DNA of 64,000 bases from Candidatus Eiseniibacteriota bacterium (GTDB lineage: Bacteria > Eisenbacteria > RBG-16-71-46 > CAVPCR01). The notes beneath the pieces were generated by a model. The model was not told where the DNA came from. It ran no database searches and saw only the letters and a program-made list of their open reading frames with translations. The DNA is taken from NCBI GenBank assembly GCA_963823555.1, contig CAWGMA010000002.1:1-64000 (forward strand). The letters are read 5' to 3'. The translations under genes and the position numbers were made by a program. Positions 45,219 through 53,797 of this stretch are shown in pieces (position 1 is the stretch's first letter; every line of letters starts with the position of its first letter).

Positions 45219-47531
45219 ATGGGTCGATCTCATCGCCGCCCGCTGGATGCGAGGTCGCCGCTCGTTGATCGCCGGTTGTGCCGGCTGTTCATGAGCCGCG
45301 CGGCGCGCGGCCGCTTCGGGCCACGTCTTGCGCCGCGCATCGATCGGGCCCTCTGGCAATTGGTCGGAGTCCAGCACGCGCTCGACCTGTCCCTGGGACG
45401 CGCCCTCCGCCGGCTCAGGGAGCGCTCGGGGTATTCGGGGCTCGGCTTCGTCCTCTGGACCGACTACGTGCGCGAGCGTGTCGGGATTCCGCAGCGCACG
45501 TGCCAGGAGGTGATGCGACTGGCGAGAGGATGCGATGACGTGCCCGAGCTCGGCGCGGCTCTGGAGCATGGCGAGCTGTCCAAGAGCAAGGTGCTGGCTC
45601 TCCTGGGGATCCTCGACGCCGGATCTTCGATCGAAGATCGTGCTCGATGGGTCCGGCGTGCTCGCGAGATGACCGTGCGGGAGCTCGTGCGTGCGGTGAG
45701 AGCGGAGAGGACCGAGAGAACCCAGAGAACCGAGAGCGGAGGCACTGCGGGCGACAGAGACCGAGCCATGCCGACCGAGGACGGAAGCGACGCGTGCGAT
45801 GAAGGGATGCGCGGGGGAATGCTCACGATTCGCTGTCCGGCCCGCACCGTCACCCTGGCCCGCATGGGGTTCGAGCTCGTCGAGAGGCTTCACGGCCAGC
45901 GGTTGCCCCGCTTTCGCAGCCTCGAGTTCATGATCGCGGATTGGTTCAGCGCCATGGGCTGGCCGGGCGAGATGGAAGAGGATGGCGCATCGGCTGGCAT
46001 GGAGGAAATCCAGCGGGAGCGCCATCGCCTGCCTGCGACAGCGGAGAAGCCAGAGGACGCTCTCCCGGGGAGCCGCGAACGCGTCGAGGCGGCATGCCGG
46101 GAGGCAGCCGCCGGATGGGCCTATCTCTCATGGCAGCGCGAACCGGAATCCCTGGACCCCGCCCTCGATGCCAGCCACTCCGAGGACCCCTTTGCCCTGG
46201 ACGCGGCCGTGATGCGGATGAGCATGCTGGCGCGGCGCGTTCGCGTGCTGCTCGGTCAGGTCCTCGCGGCGATGTCGGCGCTCGATGGGTGGCGGCTCCT
46301 TGGGTTTGCCTCCTTCGATCACTACTGCCGCGAGCGAATCGGGCTCGAGCCGCGCTCGGTGGCCCGTTTCATGCGCTTCGCCCGCGCTCTGGATGCCCAC
46401 CCCGCGCTCGGGGAAGCCCATCTCTCCGGGGCGCTCAGCTACTTGCAGGTGCTGATCCTCATTCCGATCGTGCGTCGGGGTACGGCAGAGGCCTGGGCCG
46501 AGTGGGCGGCGCGGAAAACCTGCCTCGCGACGGCCAAGGCCGTGGATACGGCTCTCATGTCGGAGCTGAGCGGCGCGGGTCCCGAGGAGATGGCGGGCTG
46601 GGCCGATCTCCTGCGCCAGGCTGGGGAGAGCGAGGAATCGGCTGGCATCGTTCCGACGGCGATGACAATGTCCGCGCCTCGGCCGGCGGCCGCGTCGCCT
46701 CGGCCGGCGGCCGCATCGCCTCGGCCGGCGGCCGCATCGCCCCCGCTGGTCGGATCGCCCCCGCTGGTCGGATCGCCCCCGCTGGGCGCCGCTCTACCTC
46801 CACCCGCCGACTTCTCGGACCCGGTGATCGTCGGCCTCCGACCCGGCACGCCACTCCTGCGCGCCGACTGCATGACCTGCTGCTTCCGCATTCGCATCTT
46901 CTGTCCGGAGGATCTGAGGTCCTTCGTGCGCGCCGGCTTCCAATCCTGTCGCGATGCTTCGGGCCGCCCGCTGCCCGCGTGGCGCGCGCTCGAGCTATTC
47001 GTCCTGAACCTGCTCGATCATCTCGACGATCCGGAGTTCGAACGCCTGGCCGTCGCATTTCCCGTGCTCGAACGGGACGGCTGGCAGTGCCAGGTTCCGG
47101 GGTGCACCGGTCGGGGCGTCCTGCACTCCCACCACATCCGCTACAGGAGCCACGGCGGCTCCGACGCCGAGTTCAACCGCATCACACTGTGCGCCCCTCA
47201 TCACCGCCAGCACATTCACGAGTGCCGGACGGTATCGGTCGCGGGAGTGGCGCCCAAGGGGCTCGAGTGGCAGATCGGGCGCCGCGCGGGGATGGAACCG
47301 CTGCTGCGCTTTCGGGGCGAGACGCTGATCCCACCGCCGGCACCGGTGGCGAACGAGCCGTCGCTCGTGCGCGATGCGGTGCGACATACGCTGCCCGCAT
47401 GGCCTCGGCGGTCGAGGGCAGGCAGCTACCAGGTCATGCGGGAGTGGGCTGCCCGCAGCGGCCCACAGCGGCTTGTCCGCCTCAGGCCGCGGCCTTCTCT
47501 AGCCTCGACATCACGTAGTCAGCCGCCTTGA
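45219..47531 (+). CDS. Large HNH endonuclease with duplicated DUF222-like N-terminal domain (start uncertain)
   Basis: Two LG..L..GF....YxRERxG repeats; RDGWQCQVPGC..HSHHIRYRSHGG..NRITLCAPHH. Confidence 0.88.
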   Translation: MGRSHRRPLDARSPLVDRRLCRLFMSRAARGRFGPRLAPRIDRALWQLVGVQHALDLSLGRALRRLRERSGYSGLGFVLWTDYVRERVGIPQRTCQEVMRLARGCDDVPELGAALEHGELSKSKVLALLGILDAGSSIEDRARWVRRAREMTVRELVRAVRAERTERTQRTESGGTAGDRDRAMPTEDGSDACDEGMRGGMLTIRCPARTVTLARMGFELVERLHGQRLPRFRSLEFMIADWFSAMGWPGEMEEDGASAGMEEIQRERHRLPATAEKPEDALPGSRERVEAACREAAAGWAYLSWQREPESLDPALDASHSEDPFALDAAVMRMSMLARRVRVLLGQVLAAMSALDGWRLLGFASFDHYCRERIGLEPRSVARFMRFARALDAHPALGEAHLSGALSYLQVLILIPIVRRGTAEAWAEWAARKTCLATAKAVDTALMSELSGAGPEEMAGWADLLRQAGESEESAGIVPTAMTMSAPRPAAASPRPAAASPRPAAASPPLVGSPPLVGSPPLGAALPPPADFSDPVIVGLRPGTPLLRADCMTCCFRIRIFCPEDLRSFVRAGFQSCRDASGRPLPAWRALELFVLNLLDHLDDPEFERLAVAFPVLERDGWQCQVPGCTGRGVLHSHHIRYRSHGGSDAEFNRITLCAPHHRQHIHECRTVSVAGVAPKGLEWQIGRRAGMEPLLRFRGETLIPPPAPVANEPSLVRDAVRHTLPAWPRRSRAGSYQVMREWAARSGPQRLVRLRPRPSLASTSRSQPP
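46675..46785 (+). repeat. In-frame tandem repeats (3x21 bp then about 2.7x18 bp) in the HNH gene
   Basis: CGCCTCGGCCGGCGGCCGC(G/A)T x3; CGCCCCCGCTGGTCGGAT x2 plus a partial copy. Confidence 0.93.
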
Positions 47532-47934
47532 GCGGCATCTTGACACGGACCGACGATTCGCCGTCATCCACCTCCACGAGGAGATGCCGGCCCTTCTTAC
47601 GCACCTTGACCCTCTCGTCATCCGAGTCGACGCTCACGATCACGAAGTCGGGGCAGCGGGAGATCTCGGCGATGAATGCGCGCGCGACGGGGGCCGCCTC
47701 GTTGATCTCGTCGACCGCTTCACGCAGGACCTCATCCGGAACGAACGGCATGACCAGCATCACAACAGCCGCCGGCATCTGGATCGACAGGTCGACGTCG
47801 TCGTCATGGATCTTCACCGAGAGCAGGCCGAAGCTCGCCACCGTGTACGTGATCCAGATCGATGAACCCACGAGCAGGGCCAGAACGCATGTGATGGCGA
47901 GCGTCGTCTTGTTGCGAAAGTCAGGTCGTCGCAT
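47482..47934 (-). CDS. Hypothetical membrane-anchored protein
   Basis: N-terminal TM; GGGAGG RBS; similar C-terminal beta-rich pattern to the upstream gene. Confidence 0.8.
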   Translation of the reverse strand: MRRPDFRNKTTLAITCVLALLVGSSIWITYTVASFGLLSVKIHDDDVDLSIQMPAAVVMLVMPFVPDEVLREAVDEINEAAPVARAFIAEISRCPDFVIVSVDSDDERVKVRKKGRHLLVEVDDGESSVRVKMPLKAADYVMSRLEKAAA

Positions 47935-47952
47935 GATCAGACCTCCCGGGTA

Positions 47953-48582
47953 CTACTCGGCTTCAGGCTTCCTGTCGAGCCAGATGCGCACCCTCGCGTC
48001 GTCGCTGTCCACGGCTACGAGCTCGCCCTCGCCGTGATCCTCCAGCGTCTTCACCGCGGCCGCGAGATCGACGTCACCCGATCCCTTCTCGTGCGCCGCG
48101 ATGAAGGCATCCACCAGCTTCAGGGGAAGGCGGATCCGGACCTTCTCGTCGCCATCCTCCGCCTTGATGAGCAGGTTCTTCCCGGAGCGGGCGACCTCGA
48201 TCTCCTCGCCGTCGGCTTCGACCCGGATGAACTGGCCTTCCTTGGCTTCCTTGAGGGCCTCGAGGACCCCACGGAGCTTGGCCATCTCCAGATCGTGATC
48301 ATCGATGCGCACCTTGCCCTGGCACACGTTCCCCTCATCGATGAGCGGGAGGATCGCCTGGGCGAGGGCGAGGGGGACCGTGACGCGGACGTGCTCCCCA
48401 TGCCCATCCGATTCGTCCACCGCGACATGAAGCCAGAGGTCGTTCGAACTGGCTGCCAGAGTGGCCCTTGAGCCCGCGAGCAGGGCCAGGGATATGAGGA
48501 TGAGGCCGGCCGCCAGGGTTCGGATCGCAGTCAGAAACCGTGGTCGGGGCACGCTGATCGGAGGAGGGGGCGAGAGGAGCAT
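47953..48582 (-). CDS. Hypothetical exported protein
   Basis: GAGGTG RBS; signal-like segment; WLHVAVDE..VRVTVPL..KVRIRLPL. Confidence 0.8.
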   Translation of the reverse strand: MLLSPPPPISVPRPRFLTAIRTLAAGLILISLALLAGSRATLAASSNDLWLHVAVDESDGHGEHVRVTVPLALAQAILPLIDEGNVCQGKVRIDDHDLEMAKLRGVLEALKEAKEGQFIRVEADGEEIEVARSGKNLLIKAEDGDEKVRIRLPLKLVDAFIAAHEKGSGDVDLAAAVKTLEDHGEGELVAVDSDDARVRIWLDRKPEAE

Positions 48583-48659
48583 GGTCGCACCTCGGGGCTG
48601 GGGAGACGCCAACAACGGGCCGCCGGTAACGGCGTGCCATCCAGGTTCGTAGCAGGAAC

Positions 48660-48686
48660 TACGAGCAGGGGCCGGAACGGGTTGCA
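48660..48686 (-). promoter_or_regulatory. Possible ECF-sigma promoter
   Basis: - strand TGCAAC-17nt-CGTA about 80 bp upstream of the ATG at 48582. Confidence 0.4.
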
Positions 48687-48714
48687 ACCCCGGCCGCGGG
48701 GCAGGTCAGGCGGT

Positions 48715-48846
48715 CCGCCCGGCTTCCACCGCCCGCCGCCCGGCTTCCACCGCCCGCCGCCCGGCTTCCTACCGGAGCCACCCAGCCGGGTCCACCGCCC
48801 ACCCCCCGGCTTCCTACCGGAGCCACCCAGCCGGGTCCACCGCCCG
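48715..48846. repeat. Tandem repeats (2x21 bp plus 2x45 bp) duplicating the envC 3' end
   Basis: CCGCCCGGCTTCCACCGCCCG x2; CCCGGCTTCCTACCGGAGCCACCCAGCCGGGTCCACCGCCC x2. Confidence 0.92.
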
Positions 48847-50127
48847 CGACCCTTGCCGCACCTCGAAATGGAGCATCGGTCCCTTGAGCGATCCGGTGTC
48901 GCCGACCGTCCCGACCACCGCTCCTCCGGCCAGGGTCTGTCCCGTCGTCACCCCCACATCGGCAAGGTGGGCGTACAGCGTGTAGTACCCCCCCCCGTGA
49001 TTCAGGATCACGCAGTTTCCGTATCCCGTGAGCCAGTCGCGGTAGTCGACCTTGCCGTCCGCCACGGCGCGCACGGGCGTGCCGGCCGCGGCGGCGATGT
49101 CGATGCCATTGTTGCGGGTCGAGGTCCCGAACTTGGGATGGGTGTGGGGGCCAAATCCTTCGAGGACCTTGCCCTGGACCGGCCACGGTAGGTTGCCGCG
49201 GGCATGGGCGAAGGGTCCCGAAGGCGGGATGAACTCGGGCGCCGTCTTGCGGCGGGCCTCCAGCTGGCGAATGATGGACTCGAGCCGCTCCTGCGCGGCC
49301 TTGAGCTCGCGCGCCGCCTGCTCGTGAGTCTCGCGCTTCTTCCGCAGATCCGAGATCTGCGACTCGCGCTCCTTCTTGAGGCCCGACAGGCGGTTCTGCT
49401 CTCGCTGCTTCTCCTTCCCGATCTGCTGGATCTCGGTCTGGTTCCGCTCGACTTCGCTGCGGTCGGCAACCAGCGTCCGCCGCGTCGAGTCGATCGTTTC
49501 CATCAGCTTGCGCTCCTCGTCCGCGAGCCGGGTCATGAGGTAGACGCGGTCCGCGAGATCGGGGATCGATTCGGCGGAGAAGACGACTTCGATCCAGCTC
49601 GGTTGCCCGGTCTTGTAGATCTCCCGCACACGATGGGCGAGACGCCTGTTGGCGCGTTCGAGTTCGCTCTCCCGGGCACCGATGTCGAGTTCGAGCTGGC
49701 CGAGCCGGCGAGTGATGGCATTTTCCTGCTGTGACAGCTTCTTCAGATAGGCCTTCGTCGTGGCCAGACGCTTGTCGGCCGACTGGATTTCGGAGAGCAC
49801 CTTCTTCTCGCGCCCGCGGAGCCGCTCGGCCTCGGCGCTCTCGCGCTCGATCTGCAGCTTGAGCTCGAGGAGTTCCTGGCGCCGCCTGGCGATATCGGCC
49901 GCGGTCTCGGCGCTGGAGGTGTCCGCTGCGGCCTCGGTGCTCGTCGGTGGCGGCGCGGGCGCCTTCTTCGGCTCATCGGCCGCCTTCTTGGTCTGGCTGG
50001 AGCTCTTCTTGGGTGCGGCGCGGCCGCGATCGGCCAGGGTTCCCGGAGCGGGGGCAAGCGACAGCGCGAGGGCGAGGGCGGCCGCCGTCACGATCAACCG
50101 CGCGAGCTGTGTGGACCGCCATCTCAA
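48814..50127 (-). CDS. envC: EnvC-like murein hydrolase activator (coiled coil plus M23 domain)
   Basis: Long coiled coil; LPWPVQG, NNGIDI, YAHL, LHFEVR; TTG overlapping the ftsX stop. Confidence 0.9.
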   Translation of the reverse strand: MRWRSTQLARLIVTAAALALALSLAPAPGTLADRGRAAPKKSSSQTKKAADEPKKAPAPPPTSTEAAADTSSAETAADIARRRQELLELKLQIERESAEAERLRGREKKVLSEIQSADKRLATTKAYLKKLSQQENAITRRLGQLELDIGARESELERANRRLAHRVREIYKTGQPSWIEVVFSAESIPDLADRVYLMTRLADEERKLMETIDSTRRTLVADRSEVERNQTEIQQIGKEKQREQNRLSGLKKERESQISDLRKKRETHEQAARELKAAQERLESIIRQLEARRKTAPEFIPPSGPFAHARGNLPWPVQGKVLEGFGPHTHPKFGTSTRNNGIDIAAAAGTPVRAVADGKVDYRDWLTGYGNCVILNHGGGYYTLYAHLADVGVTTGQTLAGGAVVGTVGDTGSLKGPMLHFEVRQGSRAVDPAGWLR

Positions 50128-51002
50128 GCCGAGCTCCGGATGACATCGCCCAGCGACCACATGGCGCCAAGCATGCCAAGGAGCACGGCGAAGGCGAAGA
50201 AGCCGACGATTTCGTTCGCCGTCAGGAAATGCACCTCGACGCCGATCAACCGCGTCGAGAAGTTGGCGACCAGGAGTCGCAGCACGAGGAGGGTGCCCCC
50301 GGCGGCAACGAGAGCCTGCGCCACGCCCTCGACCAGGAAGGGCATCCGAATGTACGTCCCCGTGGCCCCGACCACGCTCATGATCTCGATCATCTCGCGG
50401 CGTGCGAGCACGGTGAGCCGGATCGTCGAGTGCACGGCGAAGGCGACCGCGAGACCGACCAGGATGGCGGTCGCGAGCTCGGCGAGACGGAGAGTGAGAA
50501 GCGCGGCATCGAGGCGCGCGATCCAGTCGCCGCCGAAGCGGACATCCTCGACGCCGGCGATCTCGGCGGCCGCGCTCGCGATCTCCTTCATCCGGGTTGC
50601 CGTCGCGACTCCGGAAGCCAGCTCGAGGCGGAAGCAGGCAGGAAGCGGGTTGAAGCCGAGCGCTTCCACCAGGTCGTAGCGCCCGATGTCGGCGCGAAAT
50701 GCCTCGAGCGCCTCCTCCTTGGAAACGAATCGGGTCCCGGAGACTCCCGCGATGGCGCGGAGCCCGCTCTCGATCTCGGCGCGCTGGCCCTCGCTCGTGT
50801 CCTCGGCGAGGTAGACATCGATGACGCGCCGGCTATCGAGTGAGCGGGCGCTGCGTTCGATGTTGGACGTGATGAGGAGGGTGATGGCGAACACGAGTAG
50901 CGAAGCCGAGATCGAGACGATCGCGGCGATCGTGAGCGCAGGGTGCCGGCGGGCCGACGACAACCCCTCGCGCGCCAGGTACAGGAACGCGCGCGGGCTC
51001 AT
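50124..51002 (-). CDS. ftsX: Cell-division permease FtsX
   Basis: FVSKEEAL, NPLP, TIRLTVLARREMIEIM..VGAT..IRMPFLVEG. Confidence 0.94.
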   Translation of the reverse strand: MSPRAFLYLAREGLSSARRHPALTIAAIVSISASLLVFAITLLITSNIERSARSLDSRRVIDVYLAEDTSEGQRAEIESGLRAIAGVSGTRFVSKEEALEAFRADIGRYDLVEALGFNPLPACFRLELASGVATATRMKEIASAAAEIAGVEDVRFGGDWIARLDAALLTLRLAELATAILVGLAVAFAVHSTIRLTVLARREMIEIMSVVGATGTYIRMPFLVEGVAQALVAAGGTLLVLRLLVANFSTRLIGVEVHFLTANEIVGFFAFAVLLGMLGAMWSLGDVIRSSA

Positions 51003-51772
51003 GGCTCGGTCCCCGTCCCGTGCGGGATCAGACGCCGCACCGCCCTCGGACTCGGGACCATGGTCGACTCCGGCGGTGGCAACGAGCCGGCGCCCGGCTG
51101 ATGCGTGGCCGGTGCCAGCTCGCGCAGCGAGCCGCTGACAATATGGAACAGGCGGTCGCGTCTGGGATCGGCGCGGGTGTTGATGTGAGTGGCCACGATC
51201 ACGCCGGTCCCGGCCAGATGGATCTCGCGGAGCAGCGCAAATAGCACATCGCCCGCGGGTGGGTCGAGGTTGCGGGTCGGCTCGTCGGCCAGCAGGTAGA
51301 GCGGATCGTTGACCAGGGCGCGTGCCAGGGCGGCCCGCTGCTGCTCGCCACCCGAGAGCTCGAGCGGGCGGGCATGACGGCGATGGGCCAGCCCGACCCG
51401 ATGCAGCGCCCGCATCGTGCGCTCCTTGATCTCGCGTGGATCGTCGACCCCGGTGATGCGCAGCGGGAAGGCCACGTTGTCGAAGACGGTGCGGTCCTTG
51501 AGCAGCTTGAAGTCCTGGTAGATGACGCCGAGCTGGCGGCGGAGGCGCGGGACGTCCCGGCGCTTGAGCTTCGAGCTGCTGATCGACTCGACGATGATCT
51601 CGCCCTGGTCGGGGCGGATCTCGAAGGAGATCGAGCGTAGAAAGCTCGACTTCCCCGCCCCGCTGGGGCCGGTCAAGATCACGAACTCGCCGCGGTCGAT
51701 GCTCACGCAGACGTCATCGAGAGCGATATGACCGCCGGGATAGGTCTTGGTGACGTGGGCGAAGTGGATCAT
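50999..51772 (-). CDS. ftsE: Cell-division ATP-binding protein FtsE
   Basis: GPSGAGKS, QDFKLL, LSGGEQQR, LADEPT. Confidence 0.94.
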   Translation of the reverse strand: MIHFAHVTKTYPGGHIALDDVCVSIDRGEFVILTGPSGAGKSSFLRSISFEIRPDQGEIIVESISSSKLKRRDVPRLRRQLGVIYQDFKLLKDRTVFDNVAFPLRITGVDDPREIKERTMRALHRVGLAHRRHARPLELSGGEQQRAALARALVNDPLYLLADEPTRNLDPPAGDVLFALLREIHLAGTGVIVATHINTRADPRRDRLFHIVSGSLRELAPATHQPGAGSLPPPESTMVPSPRAVRRLIPHGTGTEP

Positions 51773-53034
51773 TTCTGGCGCCGGGGGGCGCCGGCATCGC
51801 CTCCACGCTTCCAGTGCCAGTCGATGCGGCCCTGCGGCAACCGGCTGGCCATGCGTCCCGCCGTCCGGATCGCCGCCACCATGCTTTCCTCGCTGGCCAC
51901 GCCTTTCCAGGCGATGTCGGGCGCCGTGCCGTGTTCGACCGAAGTGCGGAGGAATGGAATGCCGAGGCTCAGGTTGACGACCTTGCCACGCCCGAGCGTG
52001 CGCACCGGAGCCAGCCCCTGATCGTGGTACATGGCGATGACGACATCGAACTCCTCGTTCACCGCGCGCATGAACACGGTGTCGCCGGAGAAGGGTCCGT
52101 GCACGTCGATGCCCGATTCCTTGGCCCGTTCGACGGCCGGTTTGATGCGATCCCGCTCCTCGGTGCCGATGTGTCCCGCCTCGCCACAATGCGGGTTGAG
52201 TCCGGATACGGCGATGCGTGGCTGGCGCCGGGCGAAGAACTTCTGCATGGCGATCTGGGTGAGCTCGATGACGTCGAGGACGCGCGCCTTGGTCACCGAG
52301 CGCGATACCCGGTTGAGAGGCAGGTGAGTGGTGACAGTGGTGACTCGGAGGCGCGGCGAGATGAACATCGGGACGCAGCGCTTGGCCTCGCACAGGTTGC
52401 CCAGGAACTCGGTGTGACCCGCGAAGGCGATACCGAGATCGAGGAACGCCTCCTTGGAGATGGGCGCTGTCGTGATCGCGCGCACCTTGCCGTCGAGCGC
52501 GAGCTTGGCGGCGTGGCGCACCGTCGATGCGGCGGCGCGGCCGGTGGTCGCCGAGTGCGAGCCCGGGACGACGCGCTTGAGATCGGCGCCGAAGGCCTCG
52601 ACCAGATAGAGCACCGACGGGTCGAACTCCGCCGGTGCATCCTCGATCGAGATCGAGCGTATGCGCATGTGGGTGGCGAAGCGGCGGCAGGCCTCTCCCA
52701 TGATCTCACGCCCGCCGACGACCACCGGGCGACAGTCCTTGAAGCACTCCCCCGAGTGAATGGCCTTGACGACCACCTCGGGACCGATGCCGGCCGGGTC
52801 GCCCATGGTGACCGCGACCAGGGGCGGCGGCTCGCGACGGGGACGGACGACGAGGCTCGGTTCGGGCTCGACCTCGAGGATCGACTTCGTCTCCTTGGCT
52901 GCCGTCTCCCGGGGCGGCTTGGTGGCCGTGCCCGATCCACTGCCGGGCGCGGCGCTGAGAGCGCGGGGTGGCGCGTGGAGCGCCCGTTCCCCCGCCGCCG
53001 ACTTGGTTGATCTGAGCCGCCGTCTGTCAGCCAT
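51769..53034 (-). CDS. pdxA: 4-hydroxythreonine-4-phosphate dehydrogenase PdxA (N-terminal extension)
   Basis: TMGDPAGIGPE, TAPISK, GHTEFL, NPHCGE, MYHDQGL, RTSVEHGTA. Confidence 0.95.
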   Translation of the reverse strand: MADRRRLRSTKSAAGERALHAPPRALSAAPGSGSGTATKPPRETAAKETKSILEVEPEPSLVVRPRREPPPLVAVTMGDPAGIGPEVVVKAIHSGECFKDCRPVVVGGREIMGEACRRFATHMRIRSISIEDAPAEFDPSVLYLVEAFGADLKRVVPGSHSATTGRAAASTVRHAAKLALDGKVRAITTAPISKEAFLDLGIAFAGHTEFLGNLCEAKRCVPMFISPRLRVTTVTTHLPLNRVSRSVTKARVLDVIELTQIAMQKFFARRQPRIAVSGLNPHCGEAGHIGTEERDRIKPAVERAKESGIDVHGPFSGDTVFMRAVNEEFDVVIAMYHDQGLAPVRTLGRGKVVNLSLGIPFLRTSVEHGTAPDIAWKGVASEESMVAAIRTAGRMASRLPQGRIDWHWKRGGDAGAPRRQK

Positions 53035-53713
53035 CGTGAGTCATCTCGTAGGAGGGCGCCACCGATGGATCCGGCGCAGCGTGCGGTTCCATCGGACGCT
53101 GCCGGAGGAAATCGCGTAGCGACTTCATGTGCTCCCACATGACTCGCTTCTTGCTCGGATCGCGCAGCAGGAAGGCCGGATGGTAGAGCACCATGAACTG
53201 GATACCAGGGTAGCGTTTGAGGGTGAAGAAGCGGCCTGCTTCTTCCTCCATGGTAAACTCCCCGCGCGCCGGATCGATCCACTTGAGCGCCACTGCGCCG
53301 AGAAGCAGCACGACCCGCGGCCCTACGAGCTCGAGCTGTCGCTCCAGGTAGGGCAGACAGGCCTCGGCCTCGGCGGCGCTCGGCGAGCGGTCGATGGCCG
53401 GCTTGCACTTGACGACGTTCACGATGAGGGCGTCGCGATTCGAGTCGAGGCCGATGGCAGACAGGATCTTGTCGAGCATGTCCCCGGCGCGGCCGACGAA
53501 GGCGAGTCCGGTCGCATCTTCATTCTCGCCCGGTCGCTCGGAAATGATGAGGAGATCCGCCGCCGGATTGCCGCGATCGACGACGATCGCGGCGCGGCTG
53601 TCGGCGAGCTCGCAGCGGCGGCAGTTGTAGGCGCGGAGGCGGTCTCTGAACTCGGTGTAGGTTGGCGCTGCCAGGATGGCGTTGCGTTCCTGATCGAAGA
53701 TGTCGATCTGCAT
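53027..53713 (-). CDS. udg: Uracil-DNA glycosylase family 4
   Basis: CRRCEL, ERPGENED..AFVGRAG, NVVKCKP, YHPAFLLR. Confidence 0.93.
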   Translation of the reverse strand: MQIDIFDQERNAILAAPTYTEFRDRLRAYNCRRCELADSRAAIVVDRGNPAADLLIISERPGENEDATGLAFVGRAGDMLDKILSAIGLDSNRDALIVNVVKCKPAIDRSPSAAEAEACLPYLERQLELVGPRVVLLLGAVALKWIDPARGEFTMEEEAGRFFTLKRYPGIQFMVLYHPAFLLRDPSKKRVMWEHMKSLRDFLRQRPMEPHAAPDPSVAPSYEMTHDG

Positions 53714-53797
53714 CGGCGCCCTCGCCTTCTCACCAGGAGATCGTCAAGCCGGGTTCAGCGGGCAGCCAAACGATTGTGGGACTGGAGTCTAGGCGCT

